Assembly (NCBI GenBank): GCA_051362555.1
Contig: CM120640.1
Location: 10,602,001 to 10,666,000 of the forward strand
DNA length: 64,000 nt
Direction: 5' to 3'
DNA from: Lingula anatina
Taxonomy: Eukaryota; Animalia; Brachiopoda
In this document: positions 52,901 through 64,000 of the stretch, piece after piece
Layout: each line of letters starts with the position of its first letter
Numbering within the stretch: position 1 is the stretch's first letter
Notes under the pieces: generated by a model
Databases searched by the model: none
Seen by the model: only the letters and a program-made list of their open reading frames with translations
What the model was told of the DNA's origin: nothing
Translations under genes and position numbers: made by a program

Positions 52901-55900
52901 TTTTCATGCAGGGAAGACAAATAAGTTTTAATACTTCACAATAATCAAGGAACAATTACCTTAAAAAAGGATAACTTCCTAAAAGATAATCAAGATATGC
53001 TTCTAAACCTATTAAACCTACCAATCCAATTTCAGACCTGTAGTTCCACAAAGATGTCAGAGCTCTCATTGCTGTTTGTTCAAATATAGGATCCCCTGTT
53101 AGTTTAGAGAGGGTCCCAAATTCAACAATAAATGTCGCAACTCCAGCAGTGCAAGTGACTGCAGTCTCCCCTTCTGGAACGCCATGCCTGAGGTTTACTG
53201 TTCCATAGGGCATACCAGTACTTGTATTGAAGGCTTAGAATGAATGAAAAAGCAAGGAAACAATTAAGTGACATAGCAGCTCATAATCACATAATTGGGA
53301 ACACAGTATTTTGGTCTTTTTCTTTCAACATGACTATGTATTTTTTCCTCCAAATGGCTGTTAAGCATGGCAAGTTGATAATTCAAAGGGTCAATCAAGT
53401 CAAAAGATAAGGATACCACACTGCTTAGTGTGACATACTTTACAATAATCTAAAAGAAATGTTACTCTATATTATTAGATTGCACAGATAGAAACCCTAG
53501 TACCAGGGAGTAATCTTCTAGCAACATCTTCAGCAAGTCTAAGAAGAGGTCCTGAGCATGGCCAACCAGGTTCTAGTACCATATCTGCTCTCTTTGTTAA
53601 CAAGTGTGCTGACAGCAGACCTCCAACAACTGAAGAGACAAATAGGCAAAAGGAATAATAAACATAAAAACCTTCAACAATCATGGGAACTAATCTTGTT
53701 TTCTATGTTTACTTTGTATTAATTAAAAACTTCATTCAAGTTAAATTATATTTCTAGAAGCATAATCCTATCTCACTGATACTGATCTCTATAAATCATA
53801 GTCCTTTTGAAAGTTAAGGCTGGTCATGGAGCACCATGTTAACTGTCAGGCATTCAATTATGCTTTTTTTCTGACTGATGTGATCCATAATATCAAAGGG
53901 ATATCAGCTGATTAGACCACACCTCTTATGTTTGTCTCAAACACGGATGCATTGATATCAATATCAAAGTCTACTTCATCTGCCAACTTGTAAGCTACTC
54001 GTCTAAATTCAGTCATGTTTCCCATTATAGCTAGGGTATCCAGGGCATCAATCAATGTCAAGGAAAAACTGAAAATGTAAAATTCATGCAACAATCTTAT
54101 GTGCTTGGCATTGAGACCATATTTGTAAAATAAAACAAAATCTTTAAAGCAATATTTCTTAATATACTTATGCAGAACAGTAGGGATTGTTTGAAAACTT
54201 TTATGACTTTAGTAAAAACAAATTCAGATAAATTGCTTTACACAGCTACTGGTGCTGGGTCCTACAAATGAAATTATTTCATATTGGTAAAGTTTATATA
54301 GTACATAAATATTACTAATAATGCCCCACTTTGTAACACATTTTCTATTATAAACAGCAGGTTTGTTATATACATAAACAATTATCAAATCATACCTTCC
54401 CCATGTATCATGTCCATCACATGTTATTGGTCGAAGTTCGTCATAAGGATAGGCATATTGCATATATCCATCATAGGCATGGTGAAACATCCTAACAACT
54501 TTGTCCCTAAAATAATATGAAGAAGTACAAATGCTTAGTAGACAATAAAGGAACAGTTGGTGCAGAGACACAACACAAAAATAAAAAAATTTGACAAAAT
54601 TGCCTATTGGGTATCAACAAATATTTTGGTTCTCATTTGTTTCTCATTTATATTATTTATAAATCTTCCACATATTGTAAGTCATACAAAGATAACAGAG
54701 TACAGCATTTCTGAGAAAAAGACTGAAAAAGATGATGCCAGGCTGATATCTGATTTTGAAATGTAACATCTGTTACGGTAATATGCCAAACAATTCGACC
54801 AAGATTAATTAATTAATTTCATGGAAATGTCAGTTTGGTCGAATTGATTAAAATACAGCAAATGGAAACCTTTGATGTCGTCGGATTGTTAGGGGCATCT
54901 GCCAAAACGTCCATCTTTCCGGAAGTATTGCATTTTACCGGAAGTGTTACGCAAGATAAGCCGCAATTTTCGCCTAACACGTGTTTCAGGCTTGTTTTAT
55001 CCTCCTTTTAAAATCGTATTTTGCTGTGTACAATATGTGCTAACATTACTTAACATTAAAAAAGACGACAATTATAATTTCTAATTATATATTTCCCTCA
55101 CCTACGATCATTTTCATGATGCGCTTCACGAGTGGGACGAGTATTTCCCCAGAGACGGGTGTTGTAAACAAAGGCCGGTCACTTATATTTGAAACCGGTA
55201 GCTTTAGTAGACTTAAACTAGTTATGTGATCTACGTACGCCTTATTTGAATTTTAATATGGCAACTGAAATCAACCGAATTGAAATTTTTTACCAGTCTG
55301 AGATCAGTTGTTTTCAACCCGCAAGGCTTGCTCAGCGTCGAGGCGTAGACGTACTTCCGAAGAAAATTCAATCACCCGTATCAAAGAATACCAATTGGTA
55401 CTCAAACGGAATTCAGTGTAACTTCAAATTACTTATAAGTATTTTATTTAAAAAGCAAGTCATATTAAAACATATTGAGAAAAGGCAAAATACGGAGCCT
55501 ACCTGTGCCGATAGACATACAGTAGGCCTATCTTGCTGGCACTCTTCCGATTTTCTTACTTATATACTCTCGCTGTGCACAAACCACGGTGCATATTGAA
55601 AACCCCACTGATACAACCCGAACGTAAAATGAGCATTTAATTGCCATAATTTTCACAAAACAAGTGCATTTATAATTTGACGCGAAAATCATTGAGCACA
55701 TGCAGAAATGAGACTGGTCTTATCTGGTCTGGTCTAGCATAGCGCAAACCACATGTTAATGAAGACGGTCCCATTTTGGGGGAGGGGGGTCACAGGAATG
55801 GAGTTCTTCGTGGATTACGCTAAATATCATCAACATTTCATGCATCTGGGGAAATAAAAAGTGACTCACAGGTAACGTAAATATCCAGTGGAACTCTCTA

Positions 55901-57595
55901 TGAAGCTCTCATGGAGTTAAGGAAGACGTCATTTTTTATTGTTGACAAATCGGTTATCCATGTAGGTGAACAGCTACACGTTCAGATTTTGACAGATTTT
56001 GACAGCGCGTGGTATTTGGCGCCAAGAAGTCTGGGCGGTCGATCCCGCTGATCTTTCGGTCCATTGTAGTAAATGTAAGATCTTGCGGTGTTGACTTCAA
56101 GAACGTTTCCCCATCTGCATATATATTTCAATCAAACTTGAAAATAAATTGCTTATTCTTCCCAAACTTTTTATTGCTAGCAAACGCTATATATGGTCTA
56201 TATGAAGGTGTTTACGACGTATTCTACCCACTGTCGATATTTGGTTTCATCCAGAATGGACCTTTTTTAACCCTCCCCCCTTCCCCAGTTACGGGCGTGA
56301 TGAATCAGTCAGCGAGGGCAAGTCTGCTTAATTAGCACAAATTGTATGTCTATAACACTATTTTGTCATCGGGGACAAAGGAAATGACAGGTACGTCATG
56401 CTTCCAGATTAGATCTTCAATTAATAGTTTCTTCCTCATTGACGAGAGCTATTGAAAGGACAACAATTGACAAAGGGCCCGGCATGCAGCATGTATATGA
56501 CTGGCTTGAAAATTTACCGAGTCTTGCCGACGATGTGGTCGAACAATCGGATTAAGAAAAAAATTCTGTCGCATGATTTTGATGTATGGACTAAATGTTT
56601 GAGCCCAGAAAAATTAATTTTATAATATAATTTTTTTGGTCGGATTGACTGGGCCCGTCGAAATGCTTGGCACATTACCGTATCCTTTGACATAAAAGTG
56701 AACTTTAAAAAACCCTGTGGATGTAATAAATCACGTCAGACTTTGGTTTTAATTTTTATACTTTCAAAATCATCATGTTAAGTAAAACTTTAGAAGAATA
56801 CTTCTGGAAGCTTTTATCTACATCATGTTGATAATTCCGTCTGTACATGACACTGCATTGCACTTGTGGTTCAACAGTAACATTGGACACGGTGTACACC
56901 CTTTAGAAGATATATATTCAACCAATTTATAATATATAGATCTTGTTATTTTCTAATACATTTTGGTACATAATGGCAGACTCAAACTTAGTTCATGATA
57001 AAAAAAGTAGCAGGTAAATGGGCACAGGTAAATGCATGTACTGCATAAGTTGAGAGAAACCATACCAAACCAACTTGATTATGATGCCCACTTAGTGTGA
57101 CCAATTGATTTACCAAAGAAATCATGCAGCATTTTGACTTTCTCTCTTTATTGGTGCACGAAGGCCTTTTTCTCTGATTAAGATTATGTGGATTTATCTC
57201 TTCAAAGTATCTTTTCAAGGTAAGGTACATTTATTATGAAAGATTTAGAGACAAGGTGAAACATTTGGTAAAAACGAGGCATGTTTATGTCAAGGCACAT
57301 TTTGGCAAAGGGACATTTAAATAAAATGTATGAATTAAGAATTACCTGTAATGGGGTAGTATAATATTACCCATGTTGAAGGGGGGGGGAGCGAAAAAAG
57401 TGAAAATTTGAAAAAAAAATGTGTATTTTCTCACAATGGAAGTGATAAAAATAATATTACAATTTACCTATAAAAATTCAGCTCCTTCTTTCCAAAAGAT
57501 CTGAGACCACATATCGGAGATATACCTAAGAGAATGAAGAGCACAAAACATTTTGTAAGTGGTCGTGAAGATTCCGTGGCATAGGAGGCTACCAT
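49967..57595 (-). CDS. EDEM2: ER degradation-enhancing alpha-mannosidase-like protein 2 (GH47), ~818 aa; exons 57595-57468, 54506-54396, 54068-53923, 53629-53504, 53233-53022, 52733-52592, 52309-52185, 51940-51796, 51537-51416, 51166-49967
   Basis: GH47 motifs [73 protein letters not shown] and [18 protein letters not shown], plus the EDEM2-type C-terminus [23 protein letters not shown]. All junctions are in frame. An alternative upstream in-frame ATG lies at 57649. Confidence 0.93.
54776..56680. mobile_element. 1.9-kb non-autonomous TIR element with TA TSD (Tc1/mariner-pogo type) in EDEM2 intron 1
   Basis: TA|CGGTAATATGCCAAACAATTCGAC ... GTCGAAATGCTTGGCACATTACCG|TA (24-bp TIR, 3 mismatches). 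Confidence 0.75.
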
Positions 57596-57623
57596 ATTGA
57601 ATCTCGCGTAGAATCTCGTTCTT

Positions 57624-57662
57624 AACTTCCTTTTCCGGTGTGCAGCCATCTTGAATCACAAA
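57624..57662 (+). promoter_or_regulatory. RPS10: TCT/5'TOP start and non-coding exon 1 of RPS10
   Basis: Pyrimidine tract CTTCCTTTTCC, a YY1-like GCCATCTTG and a donor AA|GTGAGT at 57663, typical of ribosomal protein genes. Confidence 0.75.
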
Positions 57663-58226
57663 GTGAGTTTTAGTACTCCGAAACAAATCTAGAAACATCC
57701 GTCTTTCTGAAGAAAGTTCAGAATTTTATATTGGTCAGCTACTTCGTTGAGATAATGCACTTAAATATCACATCCAGATAAGGCGATGAATCAATCCAGA
57801 CAAACAAAGCTATGTATTAAAATTGTCTTTACTCTCATGTTCGTCTTGTCAGTGGTGCCCATTATAAAAACATGGACATTTCTCGGTTTCTCAGAGTTTT
57901 TCAGACTAGTATATTTTCACATAATTCTGTTAACGAGATAAATTCTGTATTTATGCGTCTTACGTTTCCTAACACCGACAAACTTGCACTCGATATCAGT
58001 TGGCCAAGGCTTTAATGAAGTAGTATTTAGTGTACCTTATGCTTTGGTGTTTTATAAGTCTTACACAGCTTCTACATTAACTTTTTTGGATATAACACAG
58101 GTTCTACATGAACTTTTATGGATGTAAGTTTTTAGTGTATGTGTCATTACATTTTTATCTCTTCTGGCATGCAAGTGTATGCTTGATTTGTTTATTGAAA
58201 ATCAACATGAATGTCTCTCCCGCAGG

Positions 58227-59519
58227 ATGTTGATGCCCAAGAAGGCCCGTATTGCCGTGTATGAACACCTCTTTAAAGAGGGTGTTATGGTGGCCAGAAA
58301 AGATTTCATTGCACCAAAACATCCAGAACTTGACAATGTTAGGAATCTGTACGTGATTAAGGCAATGCAGGTATGTTACCAAAATTAAGCACACGTTTGA
58401 TTTCTGTATTATTGGTTGGGATTGGTAAAAATAATGCAAAGTTTCATCTCCCTAAAGCAGCATATTAAATGATTGCACCATATATTTTTCACTTACCACT
58501 TGGAATGTTATGTATTTAAAACTTCCTTGCCTATTATTTCCTTTTTGTAGTCTCTCAAGTCCAGGGGATATGTAAACGAACAGTTTGCATGGCGTCACTA
58601 CTACTGGTATTTGACCAATGAGGGAATCCAGTATCTGCGGGACTTTCTTCACCTGCCACCTGAGATCGTGCCCTCTACACTTAAAAGACAAGCACGGCCA
58701 GAGGCTGCTCGTGCTGTCCGACCAAAAGGTGTGTGTTTAGAATTCAAAATTGTTTAGTCACATAATTAATTAATTAAATATTGAATAAAGGTAGAATTAA
58801 GTTTGATAAGTTGAAATAAGAAATAAAGCATTCATAAAAATTTTTTTTTTAATTTGACAGCCCCAATTATAAATTTTGCTGTTGATCACCTGTTTGCTTT
58901 TTGGACCTGCAGTATAGTATTATTGATGGAATTATATTTTTATAATTCAAGTCAAGAACACCATTGTACCTGAACGTGGAAATGACTGTTGACTTCTATT
59001 TAAAAATTGCTTTGTGCTCCTTAGGTCCGGAGGGCCCAAGATCAGGTCCTGGAGCAGCAGATAGAGCAGAATACAGAAAAGCTGGACCACGTAAGTCCAT
59101 TCAAAGTAAAATAAAATTCTAAATGTAAAGTGAACCATTAGATAGGCTTAATGAATGTTATTAAGTTTTTAATTTTCCTACAAGAAGTGAAATGCTCTGA
59201 TATCTTCATTGTGATGAAGGTGTATCCACATGGTTGATTTTCTTGTCTTGTCTTTTTTTTGTAGCTGGAGTTGACAAAAAATCAGAAGTTGGAGCTGGTG
59301 CAGACCCAAGTTTTAACTTCGTAAGTTAAATCTTGCAGAAAATTTACCTACTTATGTTAAATTATCTTGAGGAAATTATGATTAAACAGTTTTCACAAGA
59401 TACTTTGAAATAAATTAGATTGTTAAGCCGAAAATGTTGACAAAAACATGAAAATTTCACGTGCATTTTTTTTTCAGAGAGGTGGTTTTGGCAGAGGAAG
59501 GGGAGCACCACAACAGTAA
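58227..59519 (+). CDS. RPS10: 40S ribosomal protein S10 (eS10), 161 aa; exons 58227-58370, 58551-58728, 59025-59090, 59265-59320, 59478-59519
   Basis: [100 protein letters not shown]; AATAAA at ~59654. Confidence 0.97.
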
Positions 59520-60319
59520 ATGGGATTGTAGGAGACTTATAAACTTGGTATCACTGTACAGAGAAATTACATACAGGACTCTGATTTTTCATCTTAATGA
59601 GACAGAAGATTCTGCAACAATTTGCATAAGTGTTCTAAGTAAGCAAAAAAATTAATAAAACTAAAAAAAAAGGAGAATCTTCAATAAGGAAATGTTCGTG
59701 TTGTTGTTGTTCTTTTCTTTGTGAAAATTGCACCTTTATGTAACTAAGGCATTCAAAGATATGTTTGGAGTCATTTTTCTGCCAGAAAAGCCAACCAAAT
59801 ACCACCATATAGTATAAGTTTCAAATAGCATAACTTGCCTAAAGACATCTTTCATATCACTTGAAAAATTGATTTTTCTGCTTGCTGTATATAAACAGGG
59901 CAGATAAGTAGGACAAATGAGGCTAAATTAAAGACCCTCATTGCATCTAGAGGTTTAATGTGTAATGGGGCCAAGAGGGATGGTTCAAATCTGTTAAAGC
60001 TGCAAGCCTATGCACAGTGAACTTCGATTTTTGTCAGTGGGGGGAGAAAAATAATTCATTTCGCCAAGGTTATTTATCTTTTGGTGCTATAAAATAACAA
60101 GAAACTGTTCTGACCTCAAAATTTATTTAAATGATGACTAATCTGCAATATTGCATTTTAAATATAAGTACAGGAATGAGATTTTTCTATTGACTGATTT
60201 CAGACTCTTTGGGAGCCAAAAACATCATTGGCCCCCTGGACTCCACACCATATTTCCTGACATTTTCTAAATGGCACTTTAATCTCTGTTGGTAGAAATT
60301 CTTAAAGATGTAACTTATT

Positions 60320-62982
60320 ATGTACAGACACAGATGTGTCTGTACATATTGCCATCACCTGCGTCTGTCGTCGCCGCCGTCGTCGCCGATGCCGATGGCA
60401 ATGCCGTCGCCGTGCACTTTCACTGTAAACACGATAAGTGGAACACAGTTTTATTTTTTGGTTTTATATTTACAGAGCTGATGAATAGTCATAAAACGCA
60501 GGTCAAGTTCGAAAATCAGCATGATCGGGCCATTATTGTAGAAGTTATGCTGTTTTATCACTTTTCAGCATATATGCAACCCTGTAAACACATTTTAAGG
60601 AAAACCCTTAGGCCTGTTGTCATGAAACTCACAAGAGTAATCAATCTTACTAAAACGCAGGTCAAGTTCGAAAATTGGCATGATCGGGCCACTATTTTAC
60701 TAGTTATGCTGTTTTTTCCTTTTTTTCAGCATATGTGCAACACTGTAAACACAATATAAGAAAAACCGATAGGCCAATTGCCATTAAATTCACAGGAGTG
60801 GTCAATCTTACTAAAATGCAGGTCGAGTTCGAAAATCAGCATAATCGGGCCATTGTTTTAGAAGTTATGCTGTTTTTTCACATTTCCTCAGATTCAATTC
60901 TTAGGCATGTTAACAGTCTTATTATTTTACTAATAAGATACATTAAAGTGTTTGTTTGACATTTCCTGCATCTTTACAACATTGTTAGTTAATTATGTAA
61001 AAATGATGGTAAACTTGTTATCGTGTATTGTGTAATAAAGTGTCAAAAATGGAAATAAACTCATATCATTGCAGTTTGTCAGATTCAATCATTCACTATG
61101 TTCAGAATCTCAGAATGGAGGAAATTGGACATTTAACACTATTCTATTGATATTTTTCCCATCTCATCAATTATCTTAGTTGATCATATAAAAATTGCAG
61201 TAAACTGTTTATTTTGTTTTATGTTAAAAAAGTGTTAAAAATGGAAATAAACCCATGTCAGAACAGTGCTGTCTTGTTTCACATTTCCTCAGATTCAATT
61301 CTTAGGCATGTTAACAGTCTCATTATTAAACTAATAAGATACGTAAAAGTGTTTGGTTGACATTTTCTGCATCTTTACAACATTATTAGTTGATTATGTA
61401 AAACTGATGGTAAACTTGTTATCGTGTATTGTGTAATAAAGTTTCAAAAATGGAAACAAACTCATATCATTGCAGTTTGTCAGATTCAATCATTCACTAT
61501 GTTCAGAATCTCAGAATGGAGGAAATTGGACATTTAACACTGTTGTATTGATATTTTTCCCATCTCATCAATTTTCTTAGTTGATCGTATAAAAATGGCA
61601 GTAACCTGTTAATTTTGTTTTATGTTAAAAAAATTGTTAAAAATGAAAAAAAAAAACATTTCAGAACAGTGCTGCCTTGTTTACATTTTGGCATTTTCAA
61701 GTTGTGACTTTGAAGTTCCATGGGCCTGAAGACCTTTGCTAGTCACATTTTCTGAATATCCATGATGCTAATATTTTATTATTAAAAATTGATGGTCATT
61801 ATGCTGTTAAACATTATGTAATATTGCATCAAAATTTGAAAAAAATTCTATTTTGGACACTGCTCCCATGATGAGCATTTAAGAAAAACCATGTCACTTA
61901 CTGTTCTCAAACAGTACAGTAAATATGTACAGATGTGTCTGTACATATTGCCATCACCTGCATCTATCGTCGCCGTCACTGTCACTGGTGCCGTGCACTT
62001 TCATTGTAAACACAATAAGTGGAAGTCAATTTTACTTTTTGGCTGTATATTTACAGAGCTGATGAATATTCATAAAATGCAGGTCAAATTCGAAAATCAG
62101 CATGATCGAGCCATTATTGTAGAAGTTATGCTGTTTTTTCACTTTTCAGCATATATGCAACACTGTAAACACATTTCAAGGAAAACCGATAGGCCTGTTG
62201 TCATGAAACTCACAGGAGTAATCGATCTTACTAAAACGCAGATCAAGTTTGAAAATCGGCATGATCGGGCCACTATTTTAGTAGTTATGCTGTTTTTTCA
62301 TTTTTCAGCATATATGCAACACTGTAAACACAATATAAGAAAAACAGATGGGCGAATTGTCATGAAAGTCACAGGAGGGGTCAATTTTACTAAAATGCAG
62401 GTTGAGTTCGTAAATCAGCATAATCGTGCCATTATTTTAGAAGGTGTGCTGTTTTTTCACATTTCCTCAGATTCAATTCTTAGGCATGTTAACAGTCTCA
62501 TTATTAAACTAATAAGATACGTAAAAGTGTTTGTTTGACATTTCCTGCATCTTTACAACATTGTTAGTTGATCATGTAAAAATGATGGTAAACTTTTTAT
62601 CGTGTATTGTGTAATAAAGTGTCAAAAATGGAAATAAACTCATATCATTGCAGTTTGTCAGATTCAATCATCCACTATGTTCAGAATCTCAGAATGGAGG
62701 AAATTGGACATTTAACACTGTTCTATTGATATTTTTCCAATATCATTAATTTTCTTAGTTGATCATATAAAAATGGCAGTAAACTGTTCATTTTGTTTTA
62801 TATTAAAAAAGTGTTAAAAATGGAAATAAACCCATTTCAGAACAGTGCTGTCTTGTTAAAATTTGATGTTGAATTTGCAGTTTAACATTATGTACTTTTG
62901 CATCAGAATTGGCAGTAGCCTATTTTGTGCATAGTTATTTCCTGCTTTTTGTCTGTACATTTGACAGCTTTGCTGCCTTGTT
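60320..62982 (+). mobile_element. Second HINE copy (tandem/composite, internal 5' end at ~61925, internal duplication at ~61279)
   Basis: Same 5' palindrome, GTC microsatellite, ~160-bp repeats and 3' GTCTGTACATTTGACAGCTTTGCTGCCTTGTTTT as 46498..49843. Confidence 0.8.
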
Positions 62983-63203
62983 TTTTCAGTCTGTCTAAAG
63001 CCTCAAACTAACCTGAATGAATCCTGTTCAGTTTGAAAGAAATGAAACTGATAATTCATTACACACAAATTTCAATACTATAAAAAGAAAAGCAAGAAAA
63101 ACTAAAAGCCAGTACTAAGCTCAATGTATATGTACACATGTTATCACAGCTGCTTTGATAAGTTTCAGGACTCCTGAAGTTTGAAACAGAGATAGAGCCA
63201 CAG

Positions 63204-63241
<38 letters not shown>

Positions 63242-63762
63242 CTGAGTGGATATCCTGTAAGCCATTAAAAAAATACTAAATTTATAACAACCATTCTGTA
63301 AAACTACACTTGCCCAAAATAATGAGCTATCAGTTGCCACAATAACTGTTGCTATCAGATTAAGCACTACAATTCAATATGAACAAGAAATCTGGTTCTT
63401 CACAACCTATCAAATTGAATGTAAATAATTCCTGGTATAAAATGTATTTCAAAAATATACAGTGGTTGCAGAAATACCTTTCATAGCAAACTTGGAAAAA
63501 ATACAGTTAAAAATTCAAAATCAAAATACCCAACAAAAACATTCCTATTATCTTATAGAAATTGCTTCAGAATGCTAAGAATAGCTCATTTATCTGCTAG
63601 GGGTTTAAGTTTTGATTGAGGTGTACATTTATCTTTGGATGAAATGACTGAAAAGGGAAAGCCAACATATGGGTATGGCACACTTGATAAATAACTATGA
63701 TCATATTTTAGAATATATATATATACATATATTCCAAAACCTTTTAAAAAAGCACTCTCCAA

Positions 63763-63990
63763 CTACTCTCCATGATATATTTTTTGCGTTCTAAGAGTGC
63801 CGTTTTTAGTAATTTTTTCATATGGCTTGGCAATTTCCTTTCTCTTGTTGTATGTTTGATGGTAGAAATTGCCAAAGAGAACTATGTGGGAGACCATGTA
63901 GAGGATGAGAGCTGCATTGTATCCATTTGGGAAACCACAGTCCTTGTACATAGCGAAGCTGGTATGGAACAGAATAATTACAAATTGCAG
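63763..63990 (-). CDS. Last coding exon of a very-long-chain fatty acid elongase (ELOVL family, ELOVL4/7-like); the gene continues beyond the window
   Basis: Acceptor tttcAG| followed by LQFVIILFHTSFAMYKDCGFPNGYNAALILYMVSHIVLFGNFYHQTY, which carries the LQF and LFxNFY motifs of the GNS1/SUR4 family. Confidence 0.85.
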   Translation of the reverse strand: MQFVIILFHTSFAMYKDCGFPNGYNAALILYMVSHIVLFGNFYHQTYNKRKEIAKPYEKITKNGTLRTQKIYHGE

Positions 63991-64000
63991 CTGAAATTGA

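Noticed and set aside
55102-55185. Candidate EDEM2 first coding exon
   Set aside because: It has an upstream in-frame stop, no ATG or signal peptide, and lies inside a TIR element; 57595-57468 fits much better.

Overview
AT-rich, intron-containing animal genomic DNA; the gene and repeat content suggest a marine invertebrate, probably a mollusc or other lophotrochozoan (inference). I assembled gene models by hand from GT..AG sites and phase matching. From left to right: (1) a tandem array of secreted LRR genes (3' end of one copy, one intact 421-aa copy, one deleted and frameshifted pseudogene), interrupted by a 4.3-kb TIR element that carries a nested solo LTR; (2) a Rab-binding-domain-only (Noc2-like) gene; (3) three secreted Cys-rich genes: one fuses a 10-Cys peptide, a Thr-rich stalk and a domain resembling the PGLYRP2 N-terminal region but has no amidase, and two divergent paralogs are built from exon-encoded PLAC-like 6-Cys modules, with a small acidic/basic coiled-coil ORF between them; (4) an 81-aa Spo12-motif gene absent from the ORF track, head-to-head with a Rieske-domain gene (RFESD) and with a double-foldback Harbinger-like element in intron 1; (5) EDEM2 head-to-head with RPS10; (6) the last exon of an ELOVL gene. 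Non-autonomous elements include Helentron/HINE-type repeats, MITEs and a TA-TSD TIR element. All homology calls come from remembered motifs, not database searches.
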